A stretch of 64,000 nt of DNA from the NCBI GenBank assembly GCA_043228905.1, contig JBHGNT010000081.1, positions 1-64,000 of the forward strand. The letters run 5' to 3'. The stretch comes from Azolla caroliniana (Eukaryota; Plantae; Polypodiophyta). Below are positions 26,301 to 38,399 of this stretch, piece by piece (positions within the stretch are counted from its first letter, which is position 1; each line of letters starts with the position of its first letter). A program made the translations under genes and the position numbers. The notes below the pieces were generated by a model. That model did not search any database. It saw nothing but the letters and a program-made list of their open reading frames with translations, and was not told the origin of the DNA.

Positions 26301-29300
26301 CAAACTCAATGTTTATAAGTTTTCGTGCAACTCAAGGTATGTAAAGCAAAAGCTCATGATCATCACATACGAGGAAACCATGTATTCCATCAGGATTCTA
26401 CCACAATATAGTTGCTTCTTGTCAATCCAAGCGAACCCTCTTGGATGTAAAAATGGTACCATCCAAAAAGTATTTTTTAAGGGACATAATTTTCTACCCA
26501 ATCCAAGATATTATATCCTACAACCTCCCTTTACATAGTTGTGGGAATATTCCAATTTATATATCAAGCTTGTGTCTACATGTGTCCCATTTTGATCCAA
26601 GAAAGATACTACATTAATATTACTTATCCCATTTTCTAAGATTTCCTCTAGATTTATTTGAGAATCTACTTAGACTAGCAAGTATGATGTTGCATTTGGT
26701 GTTCCACGAGTTCAATCATGCCATCAACTAGAGGTGATACATCCCATGTTGAAAGATTCATGTTATTGTCATAGAAGAAACATAATCATGCAATGATCAT
26801 CCAAATGCTTTGCTAGTCTCGTTTATATAATTAATGAACAATGAATATGTTGTCTTTTTCTGAACTTGCAAAATGTTGAGGCAAAATTGGATAAGCTCCA
26901 AACCTATCATTTCAAACTTCCATCCTCATTGTCGCGAACATTAAGAAAAATCACCACTATGGTTATCATTTTGTTTACAAATACTAATATGTTGGCATCA
27001 TATACCCAAACATCACATCTTACTCTAAGAATCAAGTAGATAGAGAATACGAAGCAACGGAATTATATTACACTAGTATACATAACTTGGTGGACAATTT
27101 GTCAACAATAAGATGTTAACACTTGGATGACATAAATATGTTACATGGTGAGTGGCTACCACACCATTTTTCTTTTAATGTTATATTCAATGGGCCACTT
27201 GTCCAATGGTTCATATCATACTAAAATAAACATTTGATCTAGTTAAGTATGCTTACGTTTCCTATTATTTTACATTATGATTTTCTGACTACTTCGCATT
27301 CACTAGATGATCAACACTATGACAGGTGCATGGGATAATAGATTTCCTAGATGAACACAAGTGTCAAATGGAGAAAACAACCATAGGCAAAGGGATGTTT
27401 GGGCTACATAGTTCGGTGCTGGAAGGGAAGCTCAACAAATTTTCTTCTGAAGTGCTCACGAAGTTGTTGTCCAATGCTTTTGAATGAGAATACTTAATGC
27501 AATTCCATTCTGTAGAATTTCAGGACACATATCTAGCATTGGAGGATAGTGTCTACACTGGGTCACATGATAAAGAGAGTGAAGCCAACATTGGATCCCC
27601 AAGACAACTAAACTACTGTAGACTTGAAAAGCTCAACGATACTCAAATAGACTTACAAAAGTCTAATGTCAGTTTCCATAATGATGACACTTACCATGCC
27701 TTTCTTAGTATCATCATCACCCTCTCCTCCATTCAAAGGAATGATATGACACGTCATTATCACACGTTCAATGAAGGAATTGATGTAGAGGAACATGAAT
27801 TACTTAGCCCAACACCTCAACCCAATACCCTCCATTCAAATGAATGATATGACATATCCTCACCATAAGTTTTGTGACGGAATTGATGCATAAGAGCATG
27901 TGTTACCATTTGACTCGATGAACATGAATTACTTGGCCAAACACCTAAATTCAACCAATGTAGGCATATTGAAGGGTATGGATTTTGGACATCCAACTAG
28001 CTCCCTAACTTGGACATATTGTATGCTACTTTTGGATAGATATGGAATCGGAAATTATTCACTTATGGGGTCCACATTTGCTTTTACATGGTGTGTCAAC
28101 TCTCCCAACAGACACCGCCCTAGATTCTCATCAAATACTAGTAGCTATTGTTCCATGTTGAAATTGGCTTATAAGCGTAAATATACATTCTTGTTTTTGG
28201 CAGACTTGAGTTAATTATTATAAGACACAAATACATATATAACATCTCTATTCCATAGTGCGAGAACTACCATCTACTTCATTAATTGTTTAGAACAATT
28301 AGGGTAAGGAGCATACCATATGCTAAAAAAATATTTGACCTCTACCGTTATACAAGGAGGAGATACAAATTACAATAACCACATGAACAATGTTATAAAA
28401 TTTTATGACCAGACAACCTAATAGGCATTTCTTGAGATGCCCTTTATATAGTGTTGCAACCATAAGAACAATATTACTAGATAAAGAATGGCAATTGAAT
28501 TACTAGAGAAGCTTACAATGAGATTTTTATTCATTTCTTTTATTCCTCTCTCACCTCCTAATGAGGTGCCCTTAGATTGGGTTTTCCCATGTGGCCATCC
28601 CTAAGCATGGACTTAAGTACGCCTAATTAATTTATCCTTATTTACATCCCGTGAGATTTTTTTTAAAATATATAATCTTTATTGTGATGTTTACAATGCT
28701 TTATAGATTGTAGTTGTGCTTACTTGAATATTTCATTCGTTCCAAGTAGATGAATTGGAGAGCGTTTATTCTTTTCGTCAATTTTTCTAACATTGGGGAG
28801 ACGACCATTTTGTTGATCTAAAGTACTTAGGTCCGATTCCATTGTTGTTGATGTTCCCATTCTTGTAACCAAATATTCCATCATTTGGTCTTCCCCAAGC
28901 CATTGACGCTATGTGTTAATGTAGTGGTTGATAACCTACCTCATTATTACCCATGTTTACATGCACTTGATTTTGGTAGTCCCATCCTCCAATAGAAGAA
29001 GGGCCCCAAACCGGGTGATGATAAATTACGCCGGGTCTTCCCGCCAGAAGAACCTCGTTAAGCGGTACGGGTACAATGAGTACATGGCGCATCACTATGC
29101 GTACATGACCAAAGTGGCGGAAGTGTGTGAGCCGGAGAGCTACGCAGAAGCGGCAAAGGATGCAAATTGGCGTGCCGCTATGGAAGAAGAAATGAGGGCA
29201 CTCGATGCCAACGACACATGGGACCTCGTTGACCCTCCCCGACACTGTAAACCGATCGGTTGCAAATGGGTGTACAAGGTAAAGTACAATGTAGATGGTT

Positions 29301-30042
29301 CGGTTAACCGGTACAAGGCTCGGTTAGTGGCGAAGGGATACGCACAGACCCACAGAATCGACTATGACGGGACCTTCGCTCCAATAGCGAAGATGACGAC
29401 GGCTCGTGTGGTACTCGCGGTTGTTGCGGCTGTCAAGAGAGAGAGAGAGAGAGAAAGAGAAAGAAGATAGAGAGATAATTGAAAATGAATTATTATATTG
29501 AAGAGTAAATGGATTACAAAGAGTAGGCAACAGAGTACTACAAAATGGCATTAAACCAATTTAGGTTTGGGATGAGTGGTAGATCCCAATTTATAAGTAA
29601 TAGAGAACACTCTAGAATATTCTAGGTTATCCTAGAATGTAGAGTAATCTAGAAGATCTATAGAGTATTCTAGAAGGTTCTAGTGTATAGAACACTCTAG
29701 AATATTCTAGGTCATTCTAGAATGTAGAGTAATATAGAATATTCCTATGATATTAGATTTCATATTCTAAAAACTATACATACAAGAATATTAATACAAT
29801 GGCTAAGGATTTGACATGTGTACAACAAGGTCATGGGTTCAAATCCTTTCGATGCATGATGTTAGTGTTATCATGACACTATCCCCCTTCTTCGAAGACA
29901 CGTCTCACGGGTCGTAGGGTTTGTATTAGGACCTGGTTTACGAGGATATTGGTGATGAAATGCAGTGACGAATTCCGCAACATTGGAAAGATTTGCAGCA
30001 GGTTCCCAAGTTCGATCATTGGGGGTATAGCCTAGCCAATCC

Positions 30043-30410
30043 ACTAAGTAATACAACTTGTTGCACACAATTTTAGATTTGAGAATGGCAGCAACTTCAA
30101 ATTCGGGTCCATCCAAGAACTCGACAAGTGGTGGGGATGTCATAAGATAGCCCGCAATTGGCAATCCACTAAGTAATACAACTTGTTGCACACGATTTTA
30201 GATTTGAGAATGGCAGCAACTTCAAATTCAGGTCCATCCAAGAACTCGACAAGTGGTGGGGGTGTCATAAGATAGCCCGCGATTGATAATCCACTAAGTA
30301 ATACAACTTGTTGCACACGATTTTAGATTCGAGAATGGCAGCAACTTCAAATTCGGGTCCATCCAAGAACTCGACAAGTGGTGGGGGTGTCATAAGATAG
30401 CCCGCAATTG
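30043..30410 (-). repeat. ~122-bp tandem triplication of the chromodomain N-terminal coding segment
   Basis: CCACTAAGTAATACAACTTGTTGCACAC..AAGATAGCCCGC occurs three times (IAGYLMTxPPLVEFLDGPEFEVAAILxSKIVCNKLYYLVD). Confidence 0.9.
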
Positions 30411-31989
30411 AACTTGTAGTATAAGGTTCAAAAAGGGATACATGAAACACCGGATGAGAGATGCATGTGTGGAGGGAAGCCAAGACAAAATGCAACATCA
30501 CTTATCTTACCAGTGATCATGTAAGGGCCAAAACGTTGGTAATCCAATTCACTGCAAGGTCGAGTGGTCTTGATGTTGTGTTGGAGAAGCCATACATGAT
30601 CCCCAACGCGGAACTTTTTTGAGGAGTCTAGATGATGACGATCGGCAAGCCTCTTGTGTGTAACTTGAGCATCGTGAAAATTGTGGAGAATAGTAGCGTG
30701 AATTTCTTGGAGGCGACTAAGACGATCGTCGGCTGCAGGGTTGGTAGGAACGTCTGGATGTGCATTCATCGTCCACCGAGGATGACAACCCGTATTTGCG
30801 AAAAATGGGGAATATCTTGTAGAAGAATGGGTTGAGTTGTTGTAAGCGAATTCTGCCAAGTGCAAAAAATCAACCCAATCATCTTGTTGATAGTTGATGA
30901 AACAACCAAGATATTGCTCCAACGTCTGGTTGGTACGCTCAGTTTGGCCATTTGTTTCGGGATGATAGGCCGAAGAAAGCTTAACCGAAATGTGGAGAAA
31001 TTTGAACATGTGCTTCCAAAACATTGAGATGAATTGTGGACCACGATCACTAATAATATCATCCGGCAGACCATGATGCTTAAATACCTCCCCCATAATG
31101 AGATCGGCCACCTCTCGACTAGTAATTGACTTCATACATGGCAAGAAATGTGTCATTTGGTAAATCGATCAACCATTGTGAGAATTGCATCAAAACCTTT
31201 TGAAACTGGGAGATCAGTAATGAAATCCAAGGATATAGACTTCCATGGATTTTCTGGAATGGGAAGTGGTTGTAGTAAGCCATAGGATCGATGACGAGGA
31301 CTCTTTGATCGACAACATATATCACAATTGCGAACATACTCCTCAACAAAATGACGAAGGCGATGCCACCAATAGCGTTAAGAAATTAATTCTAGAGTCT
31401 TGCGAACTCCATAATGACCAGCCATTGGTGAGTCATGGCAATGTTGTAAAACTTGTAGTCGTGGGGGACCATCAAGAACATACAATAGGTTTTGTCGAAA
31501 CAGAAAACCACCATGCCAATAGAACTGATGATAGTCATTACGAGGATTTTTCGACCGTGAGGAAGAAGCACGATCCGGGACGATATGATCCAAAACATCA
31601 TTGGTGAAATCATCAGTGGCCATATGATCTTGAATGGAATCAAGAAGAGTGGAATCTTCAAGAGTTGTTATGGCATTAACTACCATTAATCGTAAGCGAT
31701 TAGGACCCAAAAGGATTTGTTTTTGATGCTCAAATGCAGGTTCCCTTGGACAAAGTTCCATATAAGAGCGCCGAGAAAGAGCATCTACTTTGCCTTGCTG
31801 CATCCTAGGGCGATATATGATGATAAAGTCGAAGTGAGTCAAAAATTGCGCCCACTGGGCTTGTCGCCGACTCAAGACTCGAGCATTTTGGAAATAAGTC
31901 AGGTTCTTATGATCATTGTAGGCAACGATCTGCTGAGAAGAACCTTCTAGAAAATGACGCCATTGTTGAAACGAAACCACAATTGCAAG

Positions 31990-32398
31990 TAACAATCGGC
32001 AATGGTTCGGTTCGGTTTGAGAGGGTCCAAACCAAACCGGTTTGGAACCGAACCATTTAAAATTTTTGAAACCTGAACCAAACCAAACCAAACCACGAAA
32101 TTGTTAAACCGAACTGTTAAACCGTAGTTTCATGGTTCGGTTTCGGTTTTCAATATAGGTTTAATTTTTAATTTTTAATTTTTTAAAATTTATAATATTT
32201 CATTTTTTTAAATTTTTAAATTTTTTAAGATGTTCCTAAAATGTGAGAATAAGGTCTAAAAATGAAATGATTCTTTAAAAACAATTTTTATAGTTTTTTA
32301 ATTTTTTTTTAAATTTTTTACAATTTTTTTAAAATAAAATAAAAAGTAAAAAACCCTAAACCCTAAACCGATTCAAACCGAACCGTTGCCGATTGTTA
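31990..32398. mobile_element. hAT-type MITE inserted in the gypsy RNaseH
   Basis: TIR TAACAATCGGCAA(T/C)GGTTCGGTT; 8-bp TSD ATTGCAAG at 31982-89 and 32399-406; AACCG subterminal repeats; splits EIHDKExLAI|VVSFQQWRHFLEG. Confidence 0.93.
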
Positions 32399-35382
32399 AT
32401 TGCAAGAGGCTCTTTGTCATGGATCTCGTAGTTGATCTCTGCAGCTTCAAACTTTTGTGAATGAAAGGCAACAGGGTGTAGTTGTCCATCATCTCCAATC
32501 TGCAAGAGGACACTCCCTAGTGGGAAATCGGATGCATCGGCTTCGAGGATGAAGCGTTTTGTTGGGTTGACATATGCTAAGATAGGTTCCGTTGTAAATG
32601 CTCGTTTTAAGCTTTCGAATGCCTCAACTACATCTGAACTCCATATAAATGGCTGATTTTTATGTGTGAGTTGAGTAAGCAGAAGCACCACCTTGGAATA
32701 ATCTTTAATAAATTTTTGATAAAAATTTGCAAACCCGAGAAAACATTGCACATCACGCATTGAAAGGGGCGTTTGCCACTCTAAAATTGCTTGTACCTTC
32801 ATGGGGTTCATAGCAATACCATCTGATGATACAACATACCCCAAAAATTCCACTTGATTCTGGCCGAAACTACAGTTTTCTAATTTTGCATAGAGACCAT
32901 ATTCTCGGAGTTGACGCAATACCTGACGAACATGTTCATCATGTTCCTCTTGGGTCTTTGAGTAGATTAAAATATCATCTAGGTAAACTATAGTGAAGAT
33001 ATCAAGAAAATCTCGAAAAATATCGTGCGCCATATGTTGGAAAATAGCAGGTGCATTCGTGAGACCGAATGGCATCACAGTATACTCAAAATGTCCATAA
33101 CGAGTGTGAAAAGTTGTCTTCCATTCATCCCTCGGGCGAATCCGAACTAGATTATATGTTGCACGAAGGTCCAACTTCGTGAAATATTTTGCACCACTGA
33201 GACGTTCCAAAAGATTCGGGATTAACGGTAGAGCATATCTATTCCGGATAGTCACTTTGTTTAGCCCTCGATAATCCACGACCAACCGAAGAGTCCCATT
33301 CTTCTTCTTAACGAAGAAGATAGGTGCACCAACAGGGGATCTAGAATGCCGAATGAATCCGTTTGCTAGATTCTCATCAATATATTCCCACAAAGTCTCT
33401 AGCTCTACAGGGGAGAGATTATAAATTGGACCCCATGGAGGTTCTTTCCCTAGTTGTAAGTCAATAGGGCAGTCGTATGGCCGATGCTCCGGCAATGTAT
33501 TGGCCTTCACCTTATCAAAACATTTGAGAACTCCTTGTATTTCTCTGGTAGTTTAATGTCCACTTCACGTGAAGTGGATGATGGAGTTGCTACTATTGCG
33601 AAGATGAACATGGCCTCGTTTCCCCCTTCCTTTTGCAAGTGGCGTAAAGAGATGGACGATAACTCCGGGGATCTATTATCAAATGTAGGAGAGAGGAATG
33701 CGGGATTTGTGCTTTTTTCCCGGGTCTCCTCAATTGTTCTTTTCATCCAATCAATCTTCGGGTTATGGAGTTCAAACCAAGGGAGACCTAGAACTATTGG
33801 GTGTTTCAGACTACGAATAATGTTGAAGGAGATTATGCTTGCCAAATCACCAAGGACTATCCTAATTGGCTCGGACTCCTTGACTATATCTCTTGATGCT
33901 ATGGGACGTCCATCAATGGCTCCTACGGCTACTGGGGTGGGAAGCTTATTCAAGAGGATGTTTTGTGACAAGGCAAATTCACGATTCATGAAACAAGAGT
34001 TGGCTCCATAATCTAGGAGGGCAGAGGCTAGGACTCGATGACATGTAGATGTGGTAAGCTCGACTTGTGCTGAAAAAACTCTACTCACTTGATTTGATGA
34101 AATGGAACCACGACTAGGAACTAACTCTACATAGCTAGGATGGTCCAACCAAATGGCTCCTATTTTGGCCGGACTGAATCGTTTAACACATCCTCTGATT
34201 GGCTCAAGACATCGAATCTATTCTCATGGCATGGACTATGAGGCTTACTTATGTTATTAGTAGTTACACCAGTGGAACTCGATGTAGGGTTTTCATGGGC
34301 ACTTACTTGGTATACTTGACGCCTAGGTTTATGTGGACAATTTACAGCTATATGTCTTGGACCGCCACAATACAGGCAGAGGCGATGCACTCGACGTCGT
34401 TGATTCCCAGCATCTAATAACGACCCACGTCGTTGTGTGGACTCTATTTCCATCGAAGTTGGGTCATCCCTTGTAGTGGGTCTAGAGACTTGTGGAGGCG
34501 TTGCGACTACAGAAGTGTAAGTCTGTTCAGGTTGGCGGCGTAACATTTGTTGGCGCTCAGAATGTCGCTCAAATATGCGATTATCACATCGCATGGCTCG
34601 ACTTGTAAGCGACTTCGGATCTTCAGGGAAAGTAAGAAGAAGATCTTTGACATCATTTCACAAACCTTGACGGAATTGATCCATTAAGGCCTCCTCATCC
34701 CAAGGGATATCGCATGCCAAGAGACGGAAATCAACTACGTAAGCCGACGGGGGACGATCTCCTTGTCAGAGCCTTCGAATCTTGGTTATCGTTGTCCTAG
34801 TGTTGTCGGTATCTCCGAAACTAGCTTGAAACTCTTTAACAAATGCCTCAAAATCCTCCAGCAATGGTGATTTCTTCTCAAGAAGTGGTGCGAACCATGC
34901 TAACGTTGTACCGCATAGAAAAATTCCCACTAATCCCACACGAGCAGCATCAGTTGGATACCGATTGGGATGTAGGTGAATAACCAAACGAACTTGATTC
35001 AAAAAGCCTCGAAATAAAGACCTCATAGCATCAAACTTGGCAAGGAGGCTGATCTTTGGCTCTCTAGGGAGTTCTGAGCCCCCGACACTTGTTCTCGTAA
35101 TGACAATATAATCGCCTCGAGTTGATGAACCCGTTGTGATAACCCTTCATACTGTTGAGCTTTTTCGGTGCTCACTTGTTGTAGGCCTCCAAGTAGCCTT
35201 TAATTCTCATGCTCTAATGCCACAAATTTATTCCTGAGCATGTAGAGCTCAGAAAGAACACACATGTATTCTTGTTTGTTCACGGACTCCATAGCATATG
35301 AGGGGAGAGGAGAAAAAAGAAGAGAACTTGTTAGGGTTTGTGGAAGACGAAGAAATGAAAGAGAAATTGGTTCAAACTGTCA

Positions 35383-35441
<59 letters not shown>

Positions 35442-38399
35442 AGAGAGAGAGATAATTGAAAATGAATTATTATATTGAAGAGTAAATGGATTACAAAGAG
35501 TAGGCAACAGAGTACTAAAAAATGGCGTTGAACCAATTTAGGTTTGGGATGAGTGGTAGATCCCAAATTATAAGTAATAGAGAACACTCTAGAATATTCT
35601 AGGTTATCCTAGAATGTAGAGTAATCTAGAAGATCTCTAGAGTATTCTAGAAGGTTCTAGTGTATAGAACACTCTAGAATATTTTAGGTCATTCTAGAAT
35701 GTAGAGTAATATAGAATATTCCTATGATATTAGATTTCATATTCTAAAAACTATCCATACAAGAATATTAATACAATGGCTAAGGATTTGCCATGTGTAC
35801 AACAAGGTCGTGCGTTCAAATCCTTTCGAGGCATAATGTGAGTGTCATGATCCTTTCGATGCATGATGTGAGTGTTATCATGACAGCGGCAAGGGGGTGG
35901 CATCTTCACCAGATTGATGTGAAAAATGTGTTTCTTCAAGGTGACCTTGAAGAACGGGTCTATATGATCCAACCTCCTGGTTTTCAGTCAGAGATGAACA
36001 AGTCAACGATGTGCCTGCTTAAGAAGTCACTTTATGGTTTGAAACAAGCCCTCCAAGCTTGGAATGTGAAGATTACGCACCGGTTGCGTAAGATGGGGTT
36101 TGTGACCTCTAAATCCGACTCATCGTTGTTCATCCGGCAAGGTTTGGACGGTCTGGTTTGCATCCTACTTTATATTGATGATTTATTCATCACCGGACCC
36201 AGACTCAATGAAATCGGCCGAGTAAAGTCCCAGCTGTCGGACGCATTTGAAATGAAGGACCTGGGGGACCTTCATTATTTTCTTGGGATCGAGGTGATCC
36301 GAACCCCCGACAACATATTGCTCTCACAACGACACTATGTGTTGAATATGTTGTACAAGTTCGGCATGACGGAATGCCGACCTATCTCCACACCCCTGGA
36401 CCGGAACCAGAAGCTTCGTCCCAACTCTGGACCAGCCTGCGATGAGAAACGGTTCCGACAAATTGTTGGAAGCCTAATATACCTGACAATCACTCGACCC
36501 GACATCAGTTACCCAATCGGAGTGATCAGCCAGTTCATGCAGAAGCCGACCGTCGAGCACCTTCAGTGCGCACACCGGATACTCCGGTATGTGAGCGGCA
36601 CGAAGGACCGGGGACTATTATACCGGCATGGTATAACTAAAGAGCTAGTCGGATACACAAATGCCGACTGGGCAGGTGATGCATTGGATCGTTGATTCAC
36701 CTCCGGTTACATGTTTTCTCTAGGTAGAGCGTTTGTTGCGTGGAGCAGCCAAAAGTGGCTCTATCGGCCATTGAGGCTGAGTATCAGGGCGCTACCAATG
36801 CCACCTGTGAAGCCATCTGGCTTCGGCAACTGTTGCGTGACCTCTGGATCAAGGTACCGACCCCGATCCTGATCTACTGTGACAACATGAGCAACATTCA
36901 ACTCGCCAAGAACCATGTATTCCATGCTCGGACAAAGTACATAGAAGTGCATTATCACTTTGTTCGCGAGCGGGTCCAGAGCGGTGAAGTTGAACTTCAG
37001 TATGTTCACACGGATCGGCAGGTTGCCGACATCTTCACCAAGCCGCTAGGATCGGACAAGTTGCAACATTTTTTGGAGATGCTTGGTATTCAACTTCTCG
37101 ATGTGCCGCACTTGAGGGGGAGAAAAGGAAAGGGAACGGATGGCACCGAACAAGGAGCCGGAGAGGAAGAAAGAACCAACAAAGGGGGAGACAAAGGGAA
37201 AAAGGAAGCTGAGTCGGCGAAGGAAGTTGGCACATCCAAACAAGTCGGAACGAGCGGCAACGGCGACAGAGTCAAGAAGGATAGAGCCGACCGGAAGGAG
37301 AAGGCCAAGACTCGGACATGGTCTGATATGGTGAAGGGCCTGAAACCGGAAGACGAGTTGGAGAACACCAATTCGAACAAGAGCTGGAATGAATCGAAGG
37401 AAACCGATTCGGTTCAAGATTCGGAGAAGTCGGATCAACTAAAGGCCAAACGAACAGAGACGAAGCGGAAGTTGACGCCAACTGGAAGGAACTGATGGGT
37501 TGACAAGCGTTGGAGTCGCAGCACCGAGGGAGCTTAAATGGGCATGTTGAGCAGACAAGCCAACCGAGGAGGTCGAGGTGCACAGAACCAAAAGGGTCGT
37601 GGCAAACAAGACCGAACCGGACGAGGAGCGCAAGCAAGGAGGAGCAACGCCAGAAGGAGCCGGTAGAAGAACCGGTTGCCGTGGACACTAACACCACGAT
37701 CCAACCTCAAGTTGAGCTTGAGGGGGAGTGTTGAGCGAGCAAGCTCAACCGGATCCGGATCGGGGAGACGGATCGGAGAGCCGGATTTGAGCGGGAACTG
37801 GAAGCCTAATAGTAGCCTAGACTACTAGGTAATCATTGTCTCGTAGTTAGTGTCAGTCGCACGTAGGAATATTGAAGTACCTGTTAGTACTTATGTCAGT
37901 CCTTTATGGACTTGTATAAATAGTGTTGTTTAGCACGTTGTATGTACAAAGTTACAGAGTATTTTCATTTTTTGAATCTACACTTACGTTCTGCTCTCTC
38001 TGTCTCTCCCACTTATACTCTTTGTATACTAAGCTTCTGCATTAAACCTTCATCTTATTCTCTGTTGCTATCCGGCTGAGCCAGTTCTGTCTAATGCTTC
38101 CGCACGTTTACATTCACAAAAATACAAATAATAAGTACTTTTTCTACCGTAAAATTTCAACAACATAATTTTGGTAGATTTGTGACCACGTGACTAATAT
38201 ATAGAGATTGCAAATTAGACACTCTAGCCCTATACTAAGTTCTCTTTGATTATGGAAAACAATAGTTTGATACAATGCTAGAGGCACTAGAAACAAATTA
38301 GATGTGAATCAAATTTCTAATGGAATGAAGTTGGTGTAATAGCAGGTGTATAAATAAAGCTCTTAAAGGTATACATCATAAGTAGAGGAATTTTAGCTT

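Larger units (their letters stand above)
29431..35885 (-). mobile_element. Ty3/gypsy chromovirus (Tcn1 / Tf1-sushi-like), full length but mutated
   Basis: LTRs 29431-29878 and 35378-35885 (TGTCA...TGACA); TSD GCGGC at 29426-30 and 35886-90; PPT GAAGAAGGGGGATAG. Domains: gag with CCHC (CLYCGGPRHIAVNC), protease LLDYGA, RT YLDD, RNaseH DAS, integrase ISDRGPQF/ETNGQTER, GPY and chromodomain YYLVDWLGY..TWEP. Confidence 0.97.
29000..38112 (+). mobile_element. Ty1/Copia retrotransposon, 5'-truncated (RT, RNaseH, 3' LTR), interrupted by a gypsy element
   Basis: EPESYAEA..WRAAMEEEMRAL..KWVYKVK..YKARLVAKGY (28928 ORF) continues as GWHLHQIDVKNVFLQG..LYGLKQA..LLYIDD (35793 ORF) and RNaseH KYIEVHYHFVRE..ADIFTKPL. 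PPT GAGGGGGAG precedes LTR TGTTG at 37729, ending near 38112. No 5' LTR seen. Confidence 0.93.

Noticed and set aside
24900-28450. Possible ancient gypsy pol remnant on the minus strand
   Set aside because: Only faint traces (a CxxxQHVK-like stretch near 26150); too decayed to call or bound.
32351-32367. Telomere-like AAACCCTAAACCCTAAA
   Set aside because: Only about two units, inside a MITE; common telo-box-like sequence, not an interstitial telomere.
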